Source of the DNA: Candidatus Scatomorpha pullistercoris
GTDB taxonomy: Bacteria; Bacillota; Clostridia; Oscillospirales; Oscillospiraceae
Assembly (NCBI GenBank): GCA_018716635.1
Contig: DVJS01000261.1
Location: forward strand, 1 to 40,729
Direction of reading: 5' to 3'
DNA length: 40,729 nt
Position numbers and translations under genes: made by a program. Positions 16,611 to 24,936 of this stretch are shown here, piece after piece (the first letter of the stretch is position 1; every line of letters begins with the position of its first letter). The notes beneath the pieces are model-generated. The model searched no databases. It was not told the origin of the DNA and saw nothing but the letters and a program-made list of their open reading frames with translations.

Positions 16611-18518
16611 ATGGCGTTTGGATTTCTGACAAACACCGCGCCTGAGACGGCGCGGGAGGAATATATAAGCTGGCTGAGAGCCCGCGGCTTTGAGGCAAAA
16701 CCGGAGCGGGTCGCGGCTGTTGAAGCTTCGGGCCGGACGAGCGCCTGCGGGGTTTACGCGAACTGCTGCGCGCCGCATTATGCGGCCTGCGCCATGGACG
16801 GCATAGCGATAGCGGCCTCGGCGAGCTTCGGCTGCTCGGAGACCCGCCCGGCGGTGCTGGGCGCGGGGAGCTTCACGGTGGTGGACACCGGCGATCCCCT
16901 GCCCGAGGGCTGCGACGCCGTGGTCATGGTGGAGGAGCTGCTCTGGGGGCCGGACGGCTCTGTGCGGCTCACCAGCCCCGTGACGCCGGGGCAGAACGTG
17001 CGGCAGACAGGCGAGGACGTGTGCGCGGGCGAGCTGCTGCTCGGCTCGTATACGCGGATAAGCCCCTCGGCGGTGGGCGCGCTGCTTGCCGGCGGCGTGA
17101 CGGAGCTTGATGTGCTCAGAAGGCCGGTCGTGGGCATCATCCCGACGGGCGACGAGCTGGTGCGGCCCTGCGCCGCGCCGAAGCCGGGCGAGGTCATGGA
17201 GTTCAACAGCGCCATCTTCTCGTCCATGCTGCGGGAGTGGGGCGCCGAGCCTCGGGTGTGGCCCATCGTGCGGGACGAGCCGGAAAAGATAAGGACGGCG
17301 CTGGCCGAGGCGGCGGAGGGCTGCGATATCGTACTGCTGGGCGCAGGCTCGTCCGCGGGGCGGGACGACTGCTCTGCCGCGGTGATAGGGGACCTGGGCG
17401 AGGTGCTGTACCACGGGCTGGCGATGAAGCCCGGCAAGCCGGCGATACTGGGCGCGGTGCGCGCGGTGCCGGTCGTGGGCGTGCCGGGCTACCCGGTGTC
17501 GGGCATACTGGTGCTCGAGGAGATCGTAAAGCCGCTGCTGGACGAGTGGTACCGGAGAGCGCCGGAGCCTGCGGCGAGCTGCCGGGCGGTCCTGACCCGG
17601 CCGGTGGTGTCGGGGCTGAAGTATAAGGAGTATCTGCGTGTGCGCATGGGCAGTGTGGGCGGCAGGATAGTGGCGACCCCGCTCAGCCGCGGCAGCGGGG
17701 TGGTGAGTTCCTTCATGCGGGCCGACGGCATCCTGGAGGTGCCGCAGGGCACGGAGGGATATGAGGCGGGCAGCGAGGTAGAGGTGCGGCTGCTGTCTCC
17801 GATGGAGAAGCTGAGGAACACGCTGGTGGTGGTGGGCAGCCACGACCCGCTGCTGGACGAGCTGGCGGACCTGCTGCACATAGAGGACAGACGGCTGTGG
17901 ATGAGCTCGTCGCACGTGGGCTCCATGGGCGGGCTGATGGCCGTGCGGCGAGGCGAGGCGCACATGGCGGGCTGTCACCTGCTGGATACGGAGACGGGCG
18001 AGTATAACGTGAGCTATATACGGAGATATTTCCCGAATGGCGGCGTGCACCTCATACGCTGCGTGGGCAGGGTGCAGGGCCTGATGGCGGCGCCGGGGAA
18101 TCCTCTGGGCCTGAAGGGGATAGAGGATCTCGCGCGTCCGGGGCTGCGGTATGTGAACCGTCAGCGCGGCTCGGGCACGAGGGTGCTGGCGGACTGGCTG
18201 TGCGCCCGGGCGGGGGTGGACACGGGACGGGTGTACGGCTACGCCTGGGAGGAACCGACGCATACGGCGGCTGCGGCGCAGGTGGCGAACGGCAGGGCGG
18301 ATGCGGCGCTGGGCATCTGGTCGGCGGCGAAGCTGTACGACCTGAGCTTCATCCCGATCTGCGAGGAGCGCTACGACCTGCTTGTCCCCGACAGTGCCTG
18401 TGACAGCATGCCCGTCCAGGCGGCCCTGAAGCTCCTGCGCTCCGAGGACTTCAAGGCCCGCCTCGCAAAGCTGGGCGGCTACACCCTGGACAGACCGGGA
18501 GAGGAGATAGAGATATAG
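16611..18518 (+). CDS. second MoeA paralog fused to a C-terminal periplasmic-binding-protein-like domain (molybdopterin biosynthesis protein)
   Basis: 635 aa. The N-terminal roughly 400 aa have the MoeA motifs (MDGIA, IPTGDELV, GAGSSAGRDD, MKPGKPAILG). The C-terminal roughly 220 aa (VVVGSHDPLLD...NRQRGSGTR...ADAALGI) resemble a type-2 PBP/LysR-substrate-like fold. Confidence 0.8.
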   Translation: MAFGFLTNTAPETAREEYISWLRARGFEAKPERVAAVEASGRTSACGVYANCCAPHYAACAMDGIAIAASASFGCSETRPAVLGAGSFTVVDTGDPLPEGCDAVVMVEELLWGPDGSVRLTSPVTPGQNVRQTGEDVCAGELLLGSYTRISPSAVGALLAGGVTELDVLRRPVVGIIPTGDELVRPCAAPKPGEVMEFNSAIFSSMLREWGAEPRVWPIVRDEPEKIRTALAEAAEGCDIVLLGAGSSAGRDDCSAAVIGDLGEVLYHGLAMKPGKPAILGAVRAVPVVGVPGYPVSGILVLEEIVKPLLDEWYRRAPEPAASCRAVLTRPVVSGLKYKEYLRVRMGSVGGRIVATPLSRGSGVVSSFMRADGILEVPQGTEGYEAGSEVEVRLLSPMEKLRNTLVVVGSHDPLLDELADLLHIEDRRLWMSSSHVGSMGGLMAVRRGEAHMAGCHLLDTETGEYNVSYIRRYFPNGGVHLIRCVGRVQGLMAAPGNPLGLKGIEDLARPGLRYVNRQRGSGTRVLADWLCARAGVDTGRVYGYAWEEPTHTAAAAQVANGRADAALGIWSAAKLYDLSFIPICEERYDLLVPDSACDSMPVQAALKLLRSEDFKARLAKLGGYTLDRPGEEIEI

Positions 18519-18523
18519 CAGCA

Positions 18524-18566
18524 AGCAGCCCCGTCAGGCGAAACCTGACGGGGCTGCTGCGTTTGT
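18524..18566. terminator. bidirectional intrinsic terminator (moeA2 / esterase gene)
   Basis: A 15-bp stem (AGCAGCCCCGTCAGG ... CCTGACGGGGCTGCT) followed by GCGTTTGTTG. Confidence 0.7.
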
Positions 18567-18583
18567 TGTAGTTGTGCTTTTAC

Positions 18584-19552
18584 TCAGTGGACGTGTTCTT
18601 TTATCCAGCCGCAAATGATGTCGGCGATCTGGCGGCTGTTGTTCTCTACCATCATCGCGTGGGTGTTGCCTCGGATGCCGATCTCGGGCAGGTGCAGCCA
18701 GGTGCTGTCTCCGCCCAGCTCCTGTATCCTGTTGTGCAGGTTGCGCATCGTGCCGTAGTAGGCAAAGTTGCCGGGCCACTCATAGCCGTCGATGCAGAAC
18801 TCGGGGCCTATGAAGTCTCCGTAAATAAACAGGAAGGGTATGTCTTTCAGGCCGGAGACATCCGTGACGTTGACGTCCAGCGTCGAGGAGCTCTCGACAA
18901 GTATGAAGCCCTTGATGTTCTTGCAGTCCTTTACCGCGCTGTTGAGGGAGAACAGGCCGCCCTGGCTGTGAGCCAGAATGATGCAGCCTTCGGTGAGACT
19001 GCCGAAGTATTCGTCGTACGCGGCCTGTACCATGTCGTTCGAACTCGTCCAGCGGGGAACATGCATCTTTATAAGGTTGTCGTACTTGCTCAGGTCGAAG
19101 CGGCTGCCCTCATATCCGACGCCGTATCGCGGGCCGATGCGGTAGGTCGTCCAGCGCTCCGCATAGCTGTTGAACATCGGAGGGCCATCGTTTATTTCCG
19201 GGAACTGTGCCCAGGAGGCCCTGCCGCGCTCGACGGCGTCCGACAGATTGACGTTGAAGCCGTTCTGCATGAACATGTACTGCCAGCCGGGGCCGCCGTC
19301 CTGCGTGGACTCCCAGATGGCTCCCGTGCCGCCGCCGCCGTGCAGCATACATACGGGATACGGGAGCACGGGATCGGCTATCCTCGTATACTGGACGTAC
19401 ATCTGCCCGGCCTGGAACTCTCCGTTTGGGTCATAGACCACGGTGGGGCCGCCCGGCCACAGCGGGGTCTCATAAGGCTCGCTGCCGTCAATGGAGACTT
19501 TTTTGCCGCCAATGTGGTAGCTGCCCATGCTTATTACCTTGACAGGCTCCAT
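18584..19552 (-). CDS. alpha/beta-fold hydrolase (esterase/lipase-like)
   Basis: 322 aa. It has a nucleophile elbow ILAHSQGG (AHSxG type), an oxyanion-like HGGGGTG, and a late GNTHAMM that could supply the catalytic His. Confidence 0.7.
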   Translation of the reverse strand: MEPVKVISMGSYHIGGKKVSIDGSEPYETPLWPGGPTVVYDPNGEFQAGQMYVQYTRIADPVLPYPVCMLHGGGGTGAIWESTQDGGPGWQYMFMQNGFNVNLSDAVERGRASWAQFPEINDGPPMFNSYAERWTTYRIGPRYGVGYEGSRFDLSKYDNLIKMHVPRWTSSNDMVQAAYDEYFGSLTEGCIILAHSQGGLFSLNSAVKDCKNIKGFILVESSSTLDVNVTDVSGLKDIPFLFIYGDFIGPEFCIDGYEWPGNFAYYGTMRNLHNRIQELGGDSTWLHLPEIGIRGNTHAMMVENNSRQIADIICGWIKEHVH

Positions 19553-19566
19553 GAAGCACTCTCCTT

Positions 19567-21141
19567 TCAGTTCATCCTGGCATAGCTCTCGTCATAATCC
19601 TCGCAGAAGAAGACCTGGAAATAGCCAAGCTTGACCTTGTCCTTCTGGGTCGCCTTGCTGACGAAGACGAGAAGCAGCAGAGATGCCAGCACACCGGGGA
19701 TAAAGGCGTTCACGCCGCCCAGACTGGCCGCCCACCACGCCTTTGTGGAGGGTATGACGCTCGAAAGGAAGTAGCACACGATGTAGACCGCAAATCCGCC
19801 GACCACGGAGGCGAACATGCCCTTGCCAGTGCACTTCTTCCAGTACATGCCGAGCAGCATGGGGAAGTACCAGGCGGAAGCTATGGCGCCGACGGCGAAG
19901 TTTATCATGTACTGGGTCAGGTCGGTGGGCTTGAGCGCTATAGCCGTCGCGAGCACGGCGGAGCCGAGCACGCAGATGTCGTTGATCTTCTTCTGGGTCT
20001 TGGCGTCGGAGTTGGGCTTGAGGCTGTCGACGATGAAGTCCTTCGCCAGGGCGGAGGCGCTGGCCATGCAAAGGCCGGCGATAGAGGACTGGATGGCCGC
20101 AAACACGCCGCAGAAGATTATGCCGCCGACCCACGCGGGGAGAAGATTGGAGGCGGTGTAGATAGTGGCGTAGTCGCGGGTCACGAGGTTCGGGTTGAGC
20201 GAGTAGGCCAGAGGGCCGGTAAAGCACATGATGCCCTGGACCAGAGTAAAGACGATGCAGGAGATCATGACGCCCTGCTTGAGCTTTTTGTGGTTGTTGT
20301 AGGTCATCGTGACGGACAGGGCGTGCGGCATCGCGCCAAGGCCAATGCCCGCGAACAGCGCCGTGCCCAGTGCGCTCCAGAAACTGAAGCCGGTGTTGGC
20401 CATTATGGCGCCGGGGAAGGTGTTGCCAAGGTTTTCGAGGGCGGCCTGGAAGCTGCCGTACTGCTCTGCGTTCTTGTAGCAGAGCACGCCGATTATGGCG
20501 AAGGTTGCCAGCAGCATGATAACGCCCTGAACTATTGCGACCTTGGCCATGGACTTTACGCCGCCGGACATGGTGTATATGACGGTTATGACAACAGTGA
20601 GGAACAGGCCGAGATAATAGGCGTTGCTGCCGGTGACGGCGGCGAACACCTTCGCGCCGGAGGTTATCTGGCCCGTGGCGAAGAAGATGAGGCCGAAAGC
20701 GCCGGTGAGCGCCATTGCAGCCACGACCTTGCCGGACTGGAAGCGGAGCCTCATGAGCTGCAGGAAGGTGACGGCGCCGGTGCGGTCCCTGAGGATGGCG
20801 ACCTTGCGCCCCACGGAGCCGAGACCATAGGCCGCGGTCAAAAAGCCGCCGTAATAGACTAGCGCCGCAGTGAAGCCGACCGCATAGCCGAGTCCGGGAG
20901 CAGTTATCATCGTGCCGCCCGCCATGGAGTTAGTGGCCGCGATCATGGCGATGGCAAACGCTCCAAGACCGCCGCCGCCCGTCAGGAAGGAGGCAAGGTT
21001 GTCTCCACCGCCCTTTTTGGACGAGCGCTTGATGTAAAGGCCCATGCCAACTATCAGAACACTGTAGATGGCGAAGATTATGAGCATCGTGTTGGAGGTA
21101 TACGAAGTTATGGAGAATCCGCCGAGATCCATCGTCTTCAT
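19567..21141 (-). CDS. sodium:solute symporter (SSS/SSF family; PanF/PutP-like)
   Basis: 524 aa with about 13 hydrophobic helices. The N-terminal GRKLGxx-like region and the pairing with an overlapping small membrane gene are typical of PanF-type SSS transporters. Confidence 0.8.
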   Translation of the reverse strand: MKTMDLGGFSITSYTSNTMLIIFAIYSVLIVGMGLYIKRSSKKGGGDNLASFLTGGGGLGAFAIAMIAATNSMAGGTMITAPGLGYAVGFTAALVYYGGFLTAAYGLGSVGRKVAILRDRTGAVTFLQLMRLRFQSGKVVAAMALTGAFGLIFFATGQITSGAKVFAAVTGSNAYYLGLFLTVVITVIYTMSGGVKSMAKVAIVQGVIMLLATFAIIGVLCYKNAEQYGSFQAALENLGNTFPGAIMANTGFSFWSALGTALFAGIGLGAMPHALSVTMTYNNHKKLKQGVMISCIVFTLVQGIMCFTGPLAYSLNPNLVTRDYATIYTASNLLPAWVGGIIFCGVFAAIQSSIAGLCMASASALAKDFIVDSLKPNSDAKTQKKINDICVLGSAVLATAIALKPTDLTQYMINFAVGAIASAWYFPMLLGMYWKKCTGKGMFASVVGGFAVYIVCYFLSSVIPSTKAWWAASLGGVNAFIPGVLASLLLLVFVSKATQKDKVKLGYFQVFFCEDYDESYARMN

Positions 21142-21464
21142 TTCTTGTCACCTCCGTTTTTCTTGAAGCGCGCAGTCAGCGGGAATTCCTCCCATCTCGA
21201 GACATAGATCATGCCGATGACGAACATCACGAGATAGATCAGAATGGCGCCGGATATCCACAGGGGCATCCCAAGGAAATACGTCATCTCTGAGGGGTCG
21301 CAGCAGCCGAAGACATACATCCATATGGTGGCGATGATCGTAAATATCCAGCCGATGGCATGAAGGAAGATGGCATCCTTTTTGCCGGCTTCGAGCCGCT
21401 TGTCAACGGCCCCGGCGGTATTCACGTCGTAATCGGTGCTCTCGAGGGATTGCTTCTCATTCAT
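21138..21464 (-). CDS. small two-TM membrane protein paired with the SSS transporter (YhdT/DUF997-like accessory subunit)
   Basis: 108 aa with two hydrophobic helices. Its stop overlaps the transporter start (ATGA at 21138-21141). The family call comes from topology and context only. Confidence 0.5.
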   Translation of the reverse strand: MNEKQSLESTDYDVNTAGAVDKRLEAGKKDAIFLHAIGWIFTIIATIWMYVFGCCDPSEMTYFLGMPLWISGAILIYLVMFVIGMIYVSRWEEFPLTARFKKNGGDKK

Positions 21465-21549
21465 GGGTCCTTCTCCTTTCCTTTCCGATACAAATTTACA
21501 CCTGCCTGTCGTTTGCGCCGGCTGCTGTACGGCGGGCAGATAACTTCCG

Positions 21550-22743
21550 TCAGATGACTCCCTTTTCCTTGAATTCTCTCAGCTGTTCATCGGTATAACC
21601 GAGCGCGGAGTATACCAGCTCGTTGTCCTGCCCCAGCGCCGGGGCCGGGCGGCTTATTTTCGGCATCGTGTCCAGAAGCTTCACGGGGCAGCCGTTCACG
21701 AGCATGTCCCCGATCACCGGGTGATGGAGCGGAACGAACATTTCCCTGGCCTTGGAAATATGCTCGTCCTTGACCACTCGGGATATGGTGTTTATCGGGG
21801 CGGCGGGCACTCCGGCCGCGTCGATCAGCTCGACAGCCTCGTCTATCGTGTGCTGCGAGCTCCACTTTTCTATTTCCACCTTCAGCTCCTCGTGGTTCTC
21901 GCAGCGCTTTACATTCGTGCAGAACCTCGGGTCTTCGAGCAGATCCTCGCGCATGAGCACCCTGGTGCAGAGCAGATGATAGAGCTTGTCGTTCCCGCAG
22001 CCGATGACGAACATGCCATCCTTGGCGTGGAAAGCGTCATAGGGATAGGCGGCGGCGTAGCGGTTGCCCATTGGCTTGGGGTCGACGCCGGATTCAAAAT
22101 ATCTCTGCGTGCCAGTTTCGAGGCTGGATACCACAGAGTCGACGAGCGAGACGTCCACCCTCTGGCCCTTTCCCGTAAGGCTCCTTGCATGCAGCGCGGC
22201 AAGGATGCCGATAGTGAGGTTCATGCCTCCCAGCACGTCGCCCATGGCGTTGCCGACTCTGACGGGGTTGCCCCCGCGCTCGCCTGTTATGCTCATCAGC
22301 CCTCCGGTCGCCTGGGCGATTATGTCGTAACCCGGCCGCTGGGACTTCGGCCCGTAGCAGCCGAAACCTGAGACAGCCGCATATATGAGCCTTTCGTTGA
22401 CCTTGCGAAGGGTGTCGTAGCCCAGGCCAAGCTTGTCCATGACGCCGGGACGATAGTTCTCAACTACTACGTCTGCGCGCTTTACAAGCTCCAGAAAGAT
22501 CTCCTTGCCCTCGGGCGCCTTCAGATTGAGCGTAACGCCCTTCTTGTCGTGGTTCACGTTGGCGTAATACATGCTTGCGCCGTTCTTTATAGGCCCCATC
22601 GAGCGCGTATCGTCGCCCTTTGCGGGGACCTCGATCTTTATCACGTTGGCGCCCAGCTCGGCCAGCATGACGGTGCAGTAGGGCCCGGCCAGCACCCTCG
22701 TGAGGTCCAGTACAGTGATATCGCCCAAAGCGGTGTTTTCCAT
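21550..22743 (-). CDS. family III CoA-transferase (CaiB/BaiF/Frc family)
   Basis: 397 aa. The N-terminus LGDITVLDLTRVLAGPYCTVMLAELGANVIKIE and a later NYRPGVMDKLGLGY are the family III signatures. Confidence 0.88.
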   Translation of the reverse strand: MENTALGDITVLDLTRVLAGPYCTVMLAELGANVIKIEVPAKGDDTRSMGPIKNGASMYYANVNHDKKGVTLNLKAPEGKEIFLELVKRADVVVENYRPGVMDKLGLGYDTLRKVNERLIYAAVSGFGCYGPKSQRPGYDIIAQATGGLMSITGERGGNPVRVGNAMGDVLGGMNLTIGILAALHARSLTGKGQRVDVSLVDSVVSSLETGTQRYFESGVDPKPMGNRYAAAYPYDAFHAKDGMFVIGCGNDKLYHLLCTRVLMREDLLEDPRFCTNVKRCENHEELKVEIEKWSSQHTIDEAVELIDAAGVPAAPINTISRVVKDEHISKAREMFVPLHHPVIGDMLVNGCPVKLLDTMPKISRPAPALGQDNELVYSALGYTDEQLREFKEKGVI

Positions 22744-22764
22744 TTTGAACTCTCCTCTCGACTC

Positions 22765-23661
22765 TCAGCAGCAGGGCGCGGTATCGCCTATGTTCATCTG
22801 GTGGCCGCTGTATACTCCGCTGACAAAGCTCTTTTGATACTTGGACGCGGCGAGCAGCTTTTCAAAATCGATACCCGTCTCGTATCCCATGCGGTGGAGC
22901 ATATAGATGAGGTCTTCTGTTGCCGTGTTCCCCGAGGCGCCGGGCGCAAAGGGACAGCCGCCGAGACCGCCAAGTGTGGACTGAACGGTCTTTACGCCGC
23001 ATTCGACGGCGGCCAGCGTGTTGACCATGCCCATGTTCCTCGTGTCGTGGATGTGTACCTGCCAGTCGCAGTCGGGATACATGTCCAGAAGGGCCTTTGT
23101 GGTCTCGCGCACCTGCTTCGGGTCTGCAATGCCAATGGTGTCGGCTATGCTGAACGAGCGCACACCGATCTCAAAAAGCCTGCGCGCAAAATCCAGACCC
23201 TTCTGTAGGGGCAGTATGCCCTCGAAGGGGCAGCCGAAGATGGTCGCCATGCCCACGCAGATGTCCAGGCCCGGATAAGTCTCGATTATCTTCGCAAGCT
23301 CTGCAAACGATTCCTCATGACTTCTGTTTACGTTGGCCTTGTTGTGGCTCTCGCTCACGGAAATGACATAGGAAATGTGCCTTATGCCCGCGTTCACCGC
23401 GTTTTGGACGCCGCGGAAATTCGGCGCCAGCGCATAGAGCTTCACATGCGGGTACTTTTCAATGCAGACCCTTGCTACCTCTGCGGCGTCCGCCATCTGA
23501 GGTATGGCCTTCGGACTTACAAATGAGGTGACCTCCAGCTCGCTCACCCCCGCGTCTACGATGCGGTCGATGATGTCGAGCTTCTGCTGGAGAGTGAGCA
23601 TTTGCTTGAGATTTTGCCAGCCGTCACGCGGACCGACCTCAAGTACGTTTATCGTTGGCAC
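22765..23661 (-). CDS. hydroxymethylglutaryl-CoA-lyase-like DRE-TIM metallolyase
   Basis: 298 aa. GTG start 6 nt after GGGAGGG. VLEVGPRDGWQN matches the HMG-CoA lyase signature EVGPRDGLQN, and HIHDTRNMG supplies the metal ligands (HxH). Confidence 0.8.
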   Translation of the reverse strand: MPTINVLEVGPRDGWQNLKQMLTLQQKLDIIDRIVDAGVSELEVTSFVSPKAIPQMADAAEVARVCIEKYPHVKLYALAPNFRGVQNAVNAGIRHISYVISVSESHNKANVNRSHEESFAELAKIIETYPGLDICVGMATIFGCPFEGILPLQKGLDFARRLFEIGVRSFSIADTIGIADPKQVRETTKALLDMYPDCDWQVHIHDTRNMGMVNTLAAVECGVKTVQSTLGGLGGCPFAPGASGNTATEDLIYMLHRMGYETGIDFEKLLAASKYQKSFVSGVYSGHQMNIGDTAPCC

Positions 23662-23677
23662 ATTAAACCCTCCCTAA

Positions 23678-23728
23678 TTAAGTTAAAATTAAGCTTATTA
23701 ATGCGAATGTTAAGTTAAAATTAGCTTA
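23678..23728. repeat. two direct copies of TTAAGTTAAAATTA(A)GCTTA (23678-23697 and 23710-23728); candidate operator sites for the LacI regulator
   Basis: I read the repeat directly from the sequence. Each copy contains the AAGCTT/AGCTT palindromic core. Copy 2 fills the spacer of the operon promoter and copy 1 lies just upstream of the RBS. Confidence 0.55.
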
Positions 23729-23735
23729 ATGTCAA
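23707..23735 (-). promoter_or_regulatory. candidate sigma70-type promoter of the HMGL-like operon
   Basis: On the minus strand: TTGACA (23735-23730), a 17-nt spacer, then TAACAT (23712-23707). Confidence 0.5.
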
Positions 23736-23835
23736 CGTGGTTTAGATAATTTTGTCGATAAAGCATAGATGGGTACGCGGGGCATACGACAAAATGCCCA
23801 TAAAATACAGCTCATATTGCATGCTTAAATTGTGG

Positions 23836-23864
23836 TTGTTTAAGCAAAAGCGCCGTGTTATAAT
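23836..23864 (+). promoter_or_regulatory. candidate sigma70-type promoter for the LacI-family gene
   Basis: TTGTTT, a 17-nt spacer, then a consensus TATAAT, located 32 nt upstream of ATG 23897. Confidence 0.45.
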
Positions 23865-23896
23865 CAGGCTGGAAAATAGAAGTGAGGAATGTGCTG

Positions 23897-24877
23897 ATGG
23901 CAACGCTCAAGGATATAGCTGCAAAATGCGGAGTGTCGATCGCGACGGTCTCGTACATAATGTCCGGCAGAGCGGATGAGAAGCGGATCTCGCTCGAGAC
24001 CCGAAGTCTCGTTATGAAGGCAGCCGAAGAACTGGGGTACAGGTATGTGCCCAAGCCTTCCAGGGGAGGCCCGCCGAAGATCGCGGTGTTCTGGCCTCAG
24101 AAGCATCTTGACATGCTGATACCCAGCTTTATACGCGGGATGAATTCGGCGCTCTGCATGGCGGCGAACCCGGTGGATGTCAACTTACTGCCGTTTGAGC
24201 AGGACTTTCTTGCGCGGCACCAGGCACTCTGGAAGAAGGACGGCTATGATGCCGCCGTGATAGTTTCCGCCAGCATGACCGACCTCGAGGAACTCTCGGG
24301 CAGGCAGACGCCGAATCCCACCGTGCTTCTGAACAGGAAACTGCCGGGCTACTCCTCCGTGACAATCGATCACGAGGAGGCGGGAAAAATGGCTGCGGTT
24401 CAGGCCACAGAGCGGGCCGGCAGCGATATCATGCTCGTCATACCGAATGCGAATCTGTATGGAGCCATAACGCGGGGACGGGCGGTGTCTGAGACCTGTA
24501 TGGAACGCGGCGTGGACCTGAGCGGAAGGGTCATATACTGCAACAACGACATGGACGACGGATATGCCGTAGGGCAAAAGCTGCTGCTTGAGAAGAGCGT
24601 GCCCGGAGCGATCATATGCGTATATGACATGACGGCGTTCGGCATCGCATGTGCGATGAACGACGCCGGGGTCAGGGTTGGTGAGGACATAGACGTCATT
24701 TCCATGAGCACGAACTACGACAAGCCCATATCGCGCATTTTTGCTGGCCTGACGGTCATAGACCTGAGGCAGACGGAAGTATCAAATATGGGCATGAACG
24801 TGGCGATAGATATGTCGGTGCACAGGCTTACTGAACCTCGGGAGCATGTGCTCCACCCGCAGCTCATCCACAGATAA
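23897..24877 (+). CDS. LacI/GalR-family transcriptional regulator
   Basis: I start the gene at ATG 23897 (MATLKDIAAKCGVSIATVSYIMSG, the LacI HTH). It continues with a PBP-type sugar-binding core and ARELGY-type linker motifs (AAEELGYRY). Confidence 0.88.
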   Translation: MATLKDIAAKCGVSIATVSYIMSGRADEKRISLETRSLVMKAAEELGYRYVPKPSRGGPPKIAVFWPQKHLDMLIPSFIRGMNSALCMAANPVDVNLLPFEQDFLARHQALWKKDGYDAAVIVSASMTDLEELSGRQTPNPTVLLNRKLPGYSSVTIDHEEAGKMAAVQATERAGSDIMLVIPNANLYGAITRGRAVSETCMERGVDLSGRVIYCNNDMDDGYAVGQKLLLEKSVPGAIICVYDMTAFGIACAMNDAGVRVGEDIDVISMSTNYDKPISRIFAGLTVIDLRQTEVSNMGMNVAIDMSVHRLTEPREHVLHPQLIHR

Positions 24878-24881
24878 CGCG

Positions 24882-24923
24882 CAGGAACAGCGGCTGTTCC
24901 TGTGACGGGCGGCCGCCCGTCAC
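24882..24923. terminator. two abutting GC hairpins between convergent genes (LacI / 209-aa gene)
   Basis: CAGGAACAG-CGG-CTGTTCCTG sits next to GTGACGGGC-GGCC-GCCCGTCAC. The tail on the plus strand is GGGATATTTGTTG. Confidence 0.6.
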
Positions 24924-24936
24924 GGGATATTTGTTG

